DNA of 63,161 nt, from positions 1 to 63,161 of the forward strand of contig PWJC01000052.1 of assembly GCA_003560165.1 (NCBI GenBank), read 5' to 3'. Below, in pieces: positions 30,097 through 41,682 of this stretch; position 1 is the first letter of the stretch; each line of letters opens with the position of its first letter. The position numbers and the translations under genes were made by a program. The notes beneath the pieces are model-generated. The model worked only from the letters and a program-made list of their open reading frames with translations, was not told the DNA's origin and did not search any database. The DNA is from Bacteroidales bacterium (GTDB lineage: Bacteria; Bacteroidota; Bacteroidia; Bacteroidales; UBA7960).

Positions 30097-30918
30097 CTAG
30101 TTGATCCGGATAAAGTTGTAGGTAATGGTGCCGGTTTGTTCCTCGGGAGCATTGGCCTGAAGGTCGAACCGGGCCCTGCGCGCTGCGTCCTCGGCCAGGC
30201 GGTAAAGGTCCTCGTCGGTGGTGGTTGAGCCGCGGGCCCCTGCCGTGGCCCGGATAACCTGTCCCTGCCTGTTTACGGTAATGGAAACCACCACCCGTCC
30301 GGTAGCCTGGGTGGTATAGTCGGGCACATGGAGGTAGTTGGCTTCCCTTCCGGTGAGACTCCATTCGATGCCTCCACCCTGTCCGAAGCCATCAAAGGCA
30401 TCGGCATCGGTCACCCCTTCGCGGCGGCCCTGGTCTCCCGTTTGCCGGGTATCGCCCTGATCCTGCCTGTCGGTACTCCTTTGGTCACGTCCCGGGAATA
30501 AGGCACGGGGATCCACCAGGGGCTGAGGTTCCTCTTCTTCCACCTCCCGGGTGGTTTCTTCGGGCAGGGGTACGGGGTCTCGCCGCTGCGATTCGGGCTG
30601 CTCCCTTTCGGCAGTTTGTTCGGGGCTCACCTCAGGGATTGCCACCGATTCGGTGGTCTGCTGGGTAACGATCTCCTGGGTTTCCGCCACCGGAGCTGAA
30701 GGGGGCGACTGCGGCACCGGGGGGGTAGCGGCCAGAGGCTGGGGCCGTCCCATGCCTTCGTCCACATAACCCAGCGAAACCAGCACTCCGTGCTCCTCGG
30801 GCAGGGGAAGGGGAGTGGACAAACCAAACAACAGGAAGCACACCACCAGCACCCCATGAAATGCGATCGTGCCGATCAATGCCCTCTTTCTGTCTTTTTT
30901 GTCGGTTTCTTCCATCAT
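30097..30918 (-). CDS. TonB family energy transducer
   Basis: N-terminal TM with His (TIAFHG), Pro/Glu-rich linker, C-terminal GRVVVSITVNRQGQV domain; follows exbBD. Confidence 0.8.
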   Translation of the reverse strand: MMEETDKKDRKRALIGTIAFHGVLVVCFLLFGLSTPLPLPEEHGVLVSLGYVDEGMGRPQPLAATPPVPQSPPSAPVAETQEIVTQQTTESVAIPEVSPEQTAEREQPESQRRDPVPLPEETTREVEEEEPQPLVDPRALFPGRDQRSTDRQDQGDTRQTGDQGRREGVTDADAFDGFGQGGGIEWSLTGREANYLHVPDYTTQATGRVVVSITVNRQGQVIRATAGARGSTTTDEDLYRLAEDAARRARFDLQANAPEEQTGTITYNFIRIN

Positions 30919-30922
30919 CTGT

Positions 30923-31336
30923 TTATCTGTGCGGCTGGGTGGCCAGGATCACTTTGTGCCTGGCCTGCTGGATGCCGTTGATCTTTTCCACAACATCGAT
31001 CACGTTCACAATATGCTGCACCGGCACCGACTGGTCGCTCCTGAGCACCACCGATCCTTCCGCAAACCCCTCCAGCATACCGGTGAGCCCCACCCTAAGG
31101 GTTTCCAGGTCTACCGGTGTCTCTTCGAGGAAAAGCTGGCGTTCGGCGTTGATATACACCGTAACGGTTTGCTGGGCCATGGTGCGGCTGTCGCTTGAGG
31201 GCAACAGCAGCTTGATTGCACTCGGGGCAACCAAGGTGGAGGTAAGCATGAAAAAGATCAGCAACAGGAATACCAGGTCAGACATGGAGGCCATGCTGAA
31301 CTGCAAATTTCTTGTATTTCTTGCCTTGATAGCCAT
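30923..31336 (-). CDS. exbD: Biopolymer transport protein ExbD
   Basis: SMSDLVFLLLIFFML, LLPSS, LRSD. Confidence 0.92.
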   Translation of the reverse strand: MAIKARNTRNLQFSMASMSDLVFLLLIFFMLTSTLVAPSAIKLLLPSSDSRTMAQQTVTVYINAERQLFLEETPVDLETLRVGLTGMLEGFAEGSVVLRSDQSVPVQHIVNVIDVVEKINGIQQARHKVILATQPHR

Positions 31337-31346
31337 CTTGAAGGGT

Positions 31347-32057
31347 TTAGGAAGCCGGTTCGTGTAACAGGTCCATGAACTCGGTGGCCCGGGCCTCGAG
31401 CATAAACACCACCTTTTCTATGCGGGCTACCAGGACGTTGTAACAAATATACGCAATAATCCCCACAGTAAGACCGGTAATGGTGGTGATCATGGCTTCG
31501 TAGATACCGCCTGCAAGCAGGCTGATATCGATATTTGGCCCGGCCATCGACATATTGTAGAACGCACGTACCATCCCAATGACCGTGCCGAGAAAGCCCA
31601 TCATGGGTGCGGCTCCCGCAACGGTGGCCAGAACGGCAATGTTCTTCTCCAGTTTTGAGATCTCGAGCTTGCCCACATTTTCAATGGCTGCGTTGATGTC
31701 GCCAAGAGGACGGCCGATGCGTACGATGCCCTTGGCGACCATGCGGGCAATGGGGCTTTGGTTGTTGCGGCAAAGGGATTTGGCCGAATCGATACGCCCG
31801 TTGTGGATAAAGTCGCGAATGTTGTTCATAAAATTGGTCTCTTCATTCGATGCACGGCTGATGGCAAAATACCTTTCGATAAATATATAAATGGCCACAA
31901 CCGACAGGATTGCCAGGGGGATCATCACAATGCCCCCTTTAAGGGCAAGATTCCAGACCGAAAGTGTTTCATGGGCCTGTACCGGGACCCGGGCAAGGGT
32001 GTCGGCCACTTCTTCCTGAACACCCAACTGAACCTGAAGCAACATGGAACTTAACAT
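31347..32057 (-). CDS. exbB: MotA/TolQ/ExbB proton channel protein
   Basis: GGIVMIPL, APMMGFLGTVIGM, GGIYEAMITT. Confidence 0.92.
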   Translation of the reverse strand: MLSSMLLQVQLGVQEEVADTLARVPVQAHETLSVWNLALKGGIVMIPLAILSVVAIYIFIERYFAISRASNEETNFMNNIRDFIHNGRIDSAKSLCRNNQSPIARMVAKGIVRIGRPLGDINAAIENVGKLEISKLEKNIAVLATVAGAAPMMGFLGTVIGMVRAFYNMSMAGPNIDISLLAGGIYEAMITTITGLTVGIIAYICYNVLVARIEKVVFMLEARATEFMDLLHEPAS

Positions 32058-32076
32058 TGGCGATGTTTTTACGTAA

Positions 32077-33327
<1,251 letters not shown>

Positions 33328-33347
33328 GGCGGTTTTCCGCCCGGCGA

Positions 33348-33932
33348 TCAGCCCCGGAAGCGGGCTTCGAAGCGACAGTAGCAACGAAAGAACTTCTTTC
33401 TTTTTTCTGATCTCAGCAACAGGTTCAGCTGCAGCGGGAAGGCCTTCCAGCCCAGGTGCTTGTAATCGACAATGACCGGTTTCCACCGGGCCTCCGACTC
33501 CCGCTGCACCAAAATATTGGTGCCGATCAGAAAGGTGTCGAAAAACCATATCCTGTGCTCATCGAGCAGATGCACGATGCGTTCCACCTCTTCCCAGAAA
33601 CCATCATTGGCTACCTTTCCGTAGTCGCACACGGGCCGGGAGTGCGAGCCGTCGTAGTCGAGGGGTCTGGCGGTGACCAGGTATTCCCTTGTTGCGCTCA
33701 GCACGGGATTGAAATAGGGCTTTAAACCGGCCGGCAGGCTGGTGTATATCGCCAATTCTTCGGTATTCATTCCGGGCCGCAGAAAGGCCACCTGCAAGCG
33801 CTGGAAAAAACCGAGATCCTGCTTCAGGCGCTTTACGCACAACCCGGGCTCTCCCTCAACGGCAAAACAATCCCTGAAGTTACCCGAACCGATCTTTTCG
33901 CCCACTTCCATAGAAACCTTTTCTGTCAACAT
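33348..33932 (-). CDS. YrbL-like protein (kinase-like fold)
   Basis: IGSGNFRDCF...LCVK Gly-loop and Lys, NILVQ, IVD; start 33932 or 33911; TATTTTTG motif at 33941-33948 on minus. Confidence 0.6.
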   Translation of the reverse strand: MLTEKVSMEVGEKIGSGNFRDCFAVEGEPGLCVKRLKQDLGFFQRLQVAFLRPGMNTEELAIYTSLPAGLKPYFNPVLSATREYLVTARPLDYDGSHSRPVCDYGKVANDGFWEEVERIVHLLDEHRIWFFDTFLIGTNILVQRESEARWKPVIVDYKHLGWKAFPLQLNLLLRSEKRKKFFRCYCRFEARFRG

Positions 33933-34067
33933 ATCCGCACCAAAAATAGCATTTTTGCGTTTAATCAGATAAGCAGGCAGCATTATTTGTCGGCAGGGGC
34001 AAGTTTCCCTGCTGCCCGGGGCCGATAAAAACGCAAGGGGGTCAACCAGGAACAATTATTTTTGTTA

Positions 34068-34075
34068 TAACTTTG
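34068..34075 (+). promoter_or_regulatory. Bacteroidota -7 promoter motif for pepE
   Basis: TAACTTTG 46 nt upstream of the ATG. Confidence 0.55.
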
Positions 34076-34121
34076 AGGCAGTGCCCCGGGACGGGGACAA
34101 GCAAAACCAAAAAAAAGCCAT

Positions 34122-34832
34122 ATGTCGAAACGTTTGTTATTGATCAGCAATTCCACCAACTACGGAGAAGAATACCTGGCGTATACCAAACCTCAGATCA
34201 AGAATTTCCTGGGAAAGGACATCAGGGAGGTCATTTTTGTTCCCTATGCCGGGGTGAGTGTCTCATACGACGAATATTCGGCCAGGGTGGCTGGCGTTTT
34301 CAACAAACTGGGTTACGAAGTCAAGCCGGTTCACCGTTTTGAGGACCCCGTTGATGCCATTGCAAAGGCAGCAGCCATTGTGGTAGGGGGGGGCAATACC
34401 TTTCATCTGGTGCACTTGATGCACCAGACGGGGATTATGGATGCCATCCGCGAAAGAGTCAGCCAGGGAATACCCTTTATTGGCTGGAGCGCGGGAAGCA
34501 ATGTGGCATGTCCCAGCCTCAAAACAACCAATGACATGCCCATTGTGCAACCCTCCAGCTTTGAAACCCTTGGCCTGATCACCTTTCAGATCAATCCGCA
34601 TTATACCGATGCCATCATCCCCAATCACAATGGGGAAACCCGTGAACAACGTATCCGTGAGTTTTTGGTGGCCAATCCCGATATGGTGGTGGTCGGGTTA
34701 AAGGAAGGGACCATGTTGCGTGTGGAAAACGGGGAAGTCAAATACATCGGGAACAAAACAGTGAAGGTGTTCAGAAAGGATGAACCCACACTGGAGTTCG
34801 ACCGGAATGCCATTCTTGACTTTTTGAAATAA
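34122..34832 (+). CDS. pepE: Dipeptidase E (peptidase S51)
   Basis: LLLISNS, FVPYA, GGGNTF, GWSAG, TTNDMPI, QINPHY, GETREQRI. Confidence 0.96.
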   Translation: MSKRLLLISNSTNYGEEYLAYTKPQIKNFLGKDIREVIFVPYAGVSVSYDEYSARVAGVFNKLGYEVKPVHRFEDPVDAIAKAAAIVVGGGNTFHLVHLMHQTGIMDAIRERVSQGIPFIGWSAGSNVACPSLKTTNDMPIVQPSSFETLGLITFQINPHYTDAIIPNHNGETREQRIREFLVANPDMVVVGLKEGTMLRVENGEVKYIGNKTVKVFRKDEPTLEFDRNAILDFLK

Positions 34833-34848
34833 GATAAATCCCATTGAC

Positions 34849-36023
34849 ATGCAAAAAACCTTTATTCCCCTGCTGCTGGCGGCCATGCTGCTAACGGGGG
34901 GATGCAGCAGCCCAAAACCCCTTGGTACGGGCAACATCCGACATTTGGAGGCCGGAAGCTCCGGACCTGGAATGTTCTATGCCCTCCCCCATACGGTTTT
35001 CGCCATTGATGTGGAAGTGTTGCATACGGCCAGAACGCCCGGTCCTTACGCAGCCTATGCCCGGCGGTACCTTGGTCTGGAAGGGGTGATCAACAGGAGT
35101 ACCGACACCTATGAGATCAGCCGGGTAAGCATCAGCGGTTTTGCAGAGCCCGATCCCACCCAGGTCTATTACATCGGCCTCCCGGCAGCGGACAACCAGG
35201 GCCGATCCATGTATCTTTCGCTTACCGAATCGGGGCTGATCCTGGGGATCAACCGCCCCGATGCCGAAACCGGGACCCGTGGCCAGGGCCATCTGAGCAA
35301 GGATTACGGCCGCTTTGGCACCGATGCCACATTCAACCATTTCATGGATAGCAACCTCAGGGAACAGATCGACACCATCGTCGAGCAGATGAGGGTAGAC
35401 ACCCTTACCGTGCAGAGGCAAACCCTGAGAAGGAGCTGGGTGGAAAAGAGCACCGAACTACGCGCCAGCGAGGTGGCCGAATACATCCTGCAGATCAGGG
35501 AGAAAAAATTCGACCTGATCAGTGGCTTCCAGGAGATCAATTACTCAAAAGAAGCCCTGGAATATATGTATTCGGAGATGGACAAACTCGAAAGTGATTA
35601 CCTCGACCTGTTTACCGGGATCACGTCAAAAAGCACCATCCGTTACCGCTTTCTGCATACTCCCGACAAGAATCTGACCGGGCAGAAACAGTCGATCTTC
35701 CGTTTCTCTCACACCGAAGGGGTGAATCCGGACAGGGAAGGCGATGGGATGCCCGTCAGCATCCTTTACGACAGGAGCCAGGTCACCGACCTGCTCACCG
35801 CGCGCAGCGGAGGGCAAGCGGACGAAGACCGCCGCAGTGCGGCCGGCATCCACTACCGGATTCCGGAGTACGGCAATATCGCATTGTATGTGGGCGACAC
35901 AAAACGCGCCGAAGCGAGGCTGCTGGTCAACCAGTTCGGTGTTGTCACCTACCTCCCCCCCGGGATTCTCGACATGGAGTTTTATCCGGACACCGGTTCG
36001 CTCCGGTCGGTGGGCGAGGAAGA

Positions 36024-36030
<7 letters not shown>
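34849..36030 (+). CDS. DUF4831-like lipoprotein
   Basis: Lipobox LTGGC, FYALPHT, PGPYAAYARRYLG, YLDLFTG, YRIP, NQFG, TGSL. Confidence 0.7.
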
Positions 36031-36149
<119 letters not shown>

Positions 36150-36205
36150 CCTTCTAATTTCTTTTTCCGACAGTGCATCTTACCAAAACATAACATTATC
36201 AACGC

Positions 36206-36961
36206 ATGAAGTACTTTATAATAACCGGAGCCAGCAGGGGCCTGGGTGAGGGACTGGCGATGGAACTGCTCTGCGAGGGCCATCACCTGTTTTGCATATC
36301 CAGGAGCGAGAGCAATAAGCTGAAGCACCTGGCCGCAGCAAGAAATTGCGCCATCGATTTTTTCTCCTTCGATCTTGCCGTGAGCCAGGACATCCCCCAT
36401 CTTGCCGGACGGATTTTTGAAAAGATCGACGGGGAAAAAGCCACCGGGGTCTTCCTGGTCAATAATGCCGGGATCATCCGGCCTGTGGGCAGGGTGGAAG
36501 ACTGCCCTTCGGAACAGACCGAACTGCACATCCGGATCAATTTGATGGCTCCTATGCTGCTCACTTCGGCATTTATCAGGCATACTGCGGGCATGAAGAT
36601 GCAAAAACGCATCCTGAACATCTCCTCCGGAGCGGCAAGAAACCCGTATTACGGCTGGAGCCATTATTGTACGGGCAAGGCAGCCCTTGAAATGTTCGGG
36701 CGCTGCGTATCGGAAGAGCAAAAACAGGAGGCTTACCCGGTAGAGACCATGGCAGTGGCCCCGGGCATCATTGATACCGACATGCAGGCCGTTATCCGGG
36801 GCAGCAGTGAACGCGAATTCATCCACCGCGACAAATTCGTTGCCCTGAAAGAAAGCGGACAATTGGTGTCTCCGGCCCTGGCAGGCAAAAAGTTGGCCCG
36901 TCTGCTGCTTTCCAACAGTTTTTCTGATGGGGAGTCGGTTGATATACGCGACAAGTACTAG
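36206..36961 (+). CDS. Short-chain dehydrogenase/reductase (benzil/sepiapterin reductase-like)
   Basis: TGASRGLG, NNAG, NISSGAA, YCTGK, APGIIDTDMQ. Confidence 0.88.
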   Translation: MKYFIITGASRGLGEGLAMELLCEGHHLFCISRSESNKLKHLAAARNCAIDFFSFDLAVSQDIPHLAGRIFEKIDGEKATGVFLVNNAGIIRPVGRVEDCPSEQTELHIRINLMAPMLLTSAFIRHTAGMKMQKRILNISSGAARNPYYGWSHYCTGKAALEMFGRCVSEEQKQEAYPVETMAVAPGIIDTDMQAVIRGSSEREFIHRDKFVALKESGQLVSPALAGKKLARLLLSNSFSDGESVDIRDKY

Positions 36962-36963
36962 TC

Positions 36964-38526
36964 ATGGAAAAAATTGACCTTCACGATTTTGAATTTCAGC
37001 TGAACATCAGGAAGCTACGGGAAGAGGATTTTGATCAGCTGGTGGCCATGCAAAAGATCTGCTTCCCGGGAATGGAGATATGGACCCGCGACAACATCAG
37101 AAACCAGCTTGAGCGTTTCCCCCAGGGGCAGGTGGTCATTGAGATCGACGGCCGGCTGGTGGCCTCATCGGCCAGCCTGATCATTGACTCAGACGATTTT
37201 GACATGAATATGTCGTGGGATGAGATCTGCGACAAGGGGAATATCGGGACCCACGATCCCGAAGGCGATACGCTGTATGGGATGGAGATCATGGTCCATC
37301 CCGAATTCAGGGGCATGAAACTGGCCACCAGGCTCTATGAGGCACGCAAGGACCTTACCAGGCAATTCAACCTTCGCCGCATTGTGATAGGGGGAAGGTT
37401 GCCCGGGTACAAAAACCATCGCAAACAACTGAGCATCACCGAGTATGTAGACCGGGTAACCAGCCGGGCCATATTCGACCCGGTACTCACCCCCCAGCTG
37501 TCCAATGGCTTTTCGCTAAAAAAGATCATCCGGCAATATACAGATGACAGCGAATCGGGAGGCTACGCCACCTACCTGGAATGGACCAACTTCGACTTTC
37601 AGGAAGAAAAGGAAAAAAAGTTCCTGGCAGCGGCCCCCGTGCGCATTTGCGTGGTGCAGTACCAGATGCGTCCCATCAAAAGCTTCGATGAATTTGCCAT
37701 CCAGAGCGAATATTTTGTCGATGTGGCCTCCGGCTACAAGAGCGACTTCATTCTTTTTCCTGAAATATTCACCCTTCAGCTGCTCTCCCTCTTCCCCATG
37801 GAAGAACCCGGGATGGCGGCAAGGAAAATCGGGGAATTCACCGAGCAATACCTGGAACTCTTCAGTGAACTGGCCATTAAGTACAACATCAACATTCTGG
37901 CAGGTTCCCATTTTACCCCCGAAGGCGACAAACTCTACAACATTGCCTACCTTTTCCAGAGAAACGGAGAAATCGGCAAGCAATACAAACTCCACATCAC
38001 TCCCAACGAAAAAAAATGGTGGGGGGTCCAACCGGGAAACAGCCTGGAGGTCTTTGACACCGACAAGGGGAAGATCTCCATCATGATCTGCTACGACATT
38101 GAATTCCCCGAGCTGGCACGGATGGCCGTTGAACGGGGTGCCAGGCTGATCTTTGTGCCCTTTTGCACCGACGATCGCCAGGGCTACCTGCGGGTGAGGT
38201 ACTGTGCCCAGGCCCGTTGTGTCGAAAACCAGATATTTGTGGCCATTGCCGGGACCGTAGGCAATTTGCCCCAGGTAGACAATATGGACATTCAATACGC
38301 CCAATCGGGCATCTTCACCCCTTCCGACTTTTCCTTTGCTCGTGATGCCATTGCCGGAGAATGCACACCCAATGTAGAAACCGTGATCATCAACGACATT
38401 GACCTGGAGTTGCTCAAAAGGCACAGGAACAGGGGTACGGTCACCAACTGGAACGACCGCCGCACCGACCTTTACCGCATTGTTTCGCTCGACCGGCATT
38501 CACCCGCCCACCATGACGACAGATGA
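36964..38526 (+). CDS. Bifunctional GNAT acetyltransferase / carbon-nitrogen hydrolase (YhcX-like)
   Basis: VHPEFRGMKLA acetyl-CoA motif; nitrilase triad FPEIF, QYKLH, ICYDIEFPE. Confidence 0.9.
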   Translation: MEKIDLHDFEFQLNIRKLREEDFDQLVAMQKICFPGMEIWTRDNIRNQLERFPQGQVVIEIDGRLVASSASLIIDSDDFDMNMSWDEICDKGNIGTHDPEGDTLYGMEIMVHPEFRGMKLATRLYEARKDLTRQFNLRRIVIGGRLPGYKNHRKQLSITEYVDRVTSRAIFDPVLTPQLSNGFSLKKIIRQYTDDSESGGYATYLEWTNFDFQEEKEKKFLAAAPVRICVVQYQMRPIKSFDEFAIQSEYFVDVASGYKSDFILFPEIFTLQLLSLFPMEEPGMAARKIGEFTEQYLELFSELAIKYNINILAGSHFTPEGDKLYNIAYLFQRNGEIGKQYKLHITPNEKKWWGVQPGNSLEVFDTDKGKISIMICYDIEFPELARMAVERGARLIFVPFCTDDRQGYLRVRYCAQARCVENQIFVAIAGTVGNLPQVDNMDIQYAQSGIFTPSDFSFARDAIAGECTPNVETVIINDIDLELLKRHRNRGTVTNWNDRRTDLYRIVSLDRHSPAHHDDR

Positions 38527-38588
38527 ACCCTGTTTTTCCTGCGTTCCAGGAAAGAATACCCATTGTTAACCCCCTTAAAAAAAACCCT

Positions 38589-39080
38589 ATGGAAAAGATG
38601 ATTACGTTTGAAAAAAAGGCTTACCGCTGGATGTCTAAGAACTGCATCGTGTTGCTGCGCATCACCATCGGCATCGTGTTCTTCTGGTTCGGTGTGCAAA
38701 AATTCTTCCCCGGAGTGAGCACGGCCGAAGAACTGGCCACCAGGACCATCGAAGTATTGACCTTTGGACTGATGGGCAGGACGGTTTCCATGCCCCTGCT
38801 GGCCATTTGGGAGGTTGCCATCGGCATAATCTACATTTCAGGTAAGGGGTTGCGCATTGGGACCCCCCTGCTTTTCCTGCAGATGATCGGCACCATGACC
38901 CCCCTGGTTTTCTTCCCGGCCGACACCTTCACGGTGGCGCCCCTGATCCCCGAACTGGTTGGTCAGTACATCATCAAGAACATTATTATCATTGCCGGTG
39001 CCATGGTGATCGGCGCCCATAATGTGGGATTGATCCACCTGCATACCGAAGAGGGGGCACGGCCTACCACTGGGCAATAA
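38589..39080 (+). CDS. DoxX-like membrane protein
   Basis: LLRITIGIVFFWFGVQKFF, GQYIIKN, four TM segments; ATG at 38589 chosen. Confidence 0.75.
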   Translation: MEKMITFEKKAYRWMSKNCIVLLRITIGIVFFWFGVQKFFPGVSTAEELATRTIEVLTFGLMGRTVSMPLLAIWEVAIGIIYISGKGLRIGTPLLFLQMIGTMTPLVFFPADTFTVAPLIPELVGQYIIKNIIIIAGAMVIGAHNVGLIHLHTEEGARPTTGQ

Positions 39081-40854
39081 AGGCATCGACAAAATGCCTG
39101 AACCAGGGGTCGTGGTCTGTCAGCTTCAGCGCCACGGCCCCGGGTGAGTCTTCTGTTGCGGCACCTCGCAATTGGTTGGCGGCCTGTACCCCGGCCAGTT
39201 CCTGCAGGAAGGTGGTCTCGGATGGGCGCAGGCCCTGTTCTTTGAGCATCCGGAGTAACAACACGCTGGCCTCGGGAAAGCCTGCAACGGCATAGTTCAT
39301 CACGGCTGTCTGCAGCCTGGTGCGCTCCCCCGAGCCGGCCACATGATCCAGCAGATCGGGATATCGCAGGCAGAGTTCCCGGGCCGGCACTACATAATGG
39401 TCGTTCCCGCCGGCATCATCCAGCAGCCGGAAAAGGTCGGCCTTTTCACGGTAGCGCGTCAGCAGGCGAAAGAGCATGTCGAGGGCTTCCCTGCGTTGGG
39501 GAACAAATGCCGCCCACGACTGCTGGTAGTCGATGGCATATTCCAGATAGGTGCCGGCAAACCCCAGGTCGTCGTTCTGAAGCGCTCTTTCCGCCACCAC
39601 CAGAAAGGAGAGGTACATCCCCCGGTGAGCGCGCTCCAGAAGCCCTTCCAACTCAGGCGGGCAGTCAGCATGCCCTGCAACCTGCAAACAATATCCTTCG
39701 ACCTCAGACAACAGATTGAGTGAAGCGGTCAGACGGTTGTCGGCGATCAGCTGACGGGATTCATCAAAGAACAGGTCAAGCACCTCCCCGGTAAGGGGGG
39801 CAGCGGCTTGTTTCCAGGCCGGAGACAGGCACATTAGCGAATACATCTTCCCAAGGCGTTCCAGGGCCTCCTCTTTCTCTCCGCTTCGTATGTGTTCCCT
39901 TGTCAGAGCCAGCTGAGACGGAATATGAAAGGGGTTGTAGTTGAGGGCCGACAAATAATGTTGCCGGGCTTCGCAGTAGTTGCCGGCCATTTCGAGCAAT
40001 CGGCCATGGCGGTAAAACAGGGAGTCGATATGTTGTATGCCTTGATTGAACGCCAGCCGCAGCGCCCCGGCCCTTTGTTCCAGGAGCTGAATGGCAGGCA
40101 GGTTGCCTTCGGGATCATGACGTTCCGGATCGAGCCATTGGTGAAAGGGGGCATGGCGGAGGCCGGCCAGTAGGGCCTCGGCTTCACACAGCCGGAACTC
40201 CTCCATGATCAGGGTTTCGGGATTGGCGGGATCCAGGCCGTCGAGCAGGGAGGATACTACCGCTAACTGGCCGGGAGCCTCATAATAGCTCCGCAGGGCA
40301 GCATCCCAGCTTTCCAGCCGCCCCTTTACAGACTGGTCGTAATACACAAACAGGCGGTTCAGGTCAATGACGGAATGCTCGCCCAGCCCGGGGCCGGATA
40401 AGACAAGCTCCAACAGGGGCTCACCATTGCCGGGGAAGGTGAGATGGTCAAACCTCAGCTGCTGCTGCAGTTCGCCTTTTGGACCGTATACCGACATCAC
40501 CAGGTCGGCCCTGTCGGGCATCAGCACTTCTTTCAGGCTGAAGTCGCGGTAAGATACATCGCCCGAAATGCGGAGGCAACCGGCGGTAATCCGAAGCTGC
40601 AGCCCCCCCCGGGGGGCGGGCCCGGAAACCACCTCCAGCTGGCCCTGAAGTGTGTAGGAGGTGAATACCCTGAGTTTGCCACTCCCGCGGGCAACCGTCT
40701 GCAGCAATTCGTTTACGGTGGCGGCATGGGGGCCGGGATAAGGGTCGAAGGCAAAGTGCTGTTCAAAGGGGATGGTCAATGGCAAGTCATCCTGGCTGGC
40801 AAAAGCCCGGGAAAAGAACAGCAAAGGCAACAAACAAACAATAAGCAGGCGCAT
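39064..40854 (-). CDS. Exported hypothetical protein with TPR-like helical region
   Basis: Signal peptide MRLLIVCLLPLLFFSRAFA; GNYCEARQHYLSALNYNP TPR-like unit; TAACTTTG motif at 40895-40902 on minus. Confidence 0.65.
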   Translation of the reverse strand: MRLLIVCLLPLLFFSRAFASQDDLPLTIPFEQHFAFDPYPGPHAATVNELLQTVARGSGKLRVFTSYTLQGQLEVVSGPAPRGGLQLRITAGCLRISGDVSYRDFSLKEVLMPDRADLVMSVYGPKGELQQQLRFDHLTFPGNGEPLLELVLSGPGLGEHSVIDLNRLFVYYDQSVKGRLESWDAALRSYYEAPGQLAVVSSLLDGLDPANPETLIMEEFRLCEAEALLAGLRHAPFHQWLDPERHDPEGNLPAIQLLEQRAGALRLAFNQGIQHIDSLFYRHGRLLEMAGNYCEARQHYLSALNYNPFHIPSQLALTREHIRSGEKEEALERLGKMYSLMCLSPAWKQAAAPLTGEVLDLFFDESRQLIADNRLTASLNLLSEVEGYCLQVAGHADCPPELEGLLERAHRGMYLSFLVVAERALQNDDLGFAGTYLEYAIDYQQSWAAFVPQRREALDMLFRLLTRYREKADLFRLLDDAGGNDHYVVPARELCLRYPDLLDHVAGSGERTRLQTAVMNYAVAGFPEASVLLLRMLKEQGLRPSETTFLQELAGVQAANQLRGAATEDSPGAVALKLTDHDPWFRHFVDAFIAQW

Positions 40855-41009
40855 AACGGATAATTCAAAAAAACACCCCGACTGTCGGACTTGGCAAAGT
40901 TAGTATTTTCCTTATTTCCACAGCCCCTGCCCCGGTCCGGCAAACTGCCCCGGAACCGTAAAGCCTTTTTCCGGGTCAACAAATTGCTGGTTACAAACGC
41001 AATAAAATG

Positions 41010-41017
41010 TATTTTTG
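41010..41017 (+). promoter_or_regulatory. Bacteroidota -7 promoter motif for the Sua5/YciO-kdsA pair
   Basis: TATTTTTG 27 nt upstream of the ATG at 41045. Confidence 0.55.
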
Positions 41018-41044
41018 CACATACAAGCATTAACAAACAAACAT

Positions 41045-41665
41045 ATGCTGATAAGGATTCACCCCGAAAACCCGGCCCAACGCCTGATCAAACTCGTTGC
41101 CGACTGCCTGCGGCAGGGCGGTGTGGTCATTTACCCGACCGATACCGTGTACGCCATGGGCTGTGACATTCACCATCCCAAAGCCGTACAAAGGGTCGCC
41201 CAGATAAAAGGCATCAAGGCCGAAAAGGCGAATTTTTCGCTGATCTGTCACGATCTGAGCAATCTCTCCGACCTTTGCCGGCCCTTTCCGACTGCGGTGT
41301 ACAAAGCCATGAAAAAAGCCCTTCCCGGCCCTTATACCTTTATTCTGAACGCCAACAACAACGTACCGAAAATTTTTCAAAGCCGGAAAAAGACCGTTGG
41401 CATCCGTATACCCGACAACCGCATCACCAGGGAGATTGTCAGGGAACTGGGCAATCCCATTATTTCCACCTCGGTGTACGACAACGACGAGATCCTCGAA
41501 TATACCACCGACCCGGAACTCATACACGAAAATTACCAGAACCTGGTCGACATCGTTATTGACGGAGGCAATGGCGACAACCAGGCCTCGACAGTCATCG
41601 ACTGCACTGGAGAGACCATGGAGCTGATTCGTCAGGGCAAGGGCCCAATTGACCCCATCCTTTAA
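41045..41665 (+). CDS. Sua5/YciO/YrdC family protein (threonylcarbamoyl-AMP synthase-like)
   Basis: IHPENP, GGVVIYPTDTVY, LPGPYTFIL, VGIRIPD, STVID. Confidence 0.92.
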   Translation: MLIRIHPENPAQRLIKLVADCLRQGGVVIYPTDTVYAMGCDIHHPKAVQRVAQIKGIKAEKANFSLICHDLSNLSDLCRPFPTAVYKAMKKALPGPYTFILNANNNVPKIFQSRKKTVGIRIPDNRITREIVRELGNPIISTSVYDNDEILEYTTDPELIHENYQNLVDIVIDGGNGDNQASTVIDCTGETMELIRQGKGPIDPIL

Positions 41666-41682
41666 TCCCAAACGGCCCCGGC

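Noticed and set aside
28798-32057. exbB-exbD-tonB-folC linkage
   Set aside because: To my knowledge a common arrangement in Bacteroidota, so not novel.
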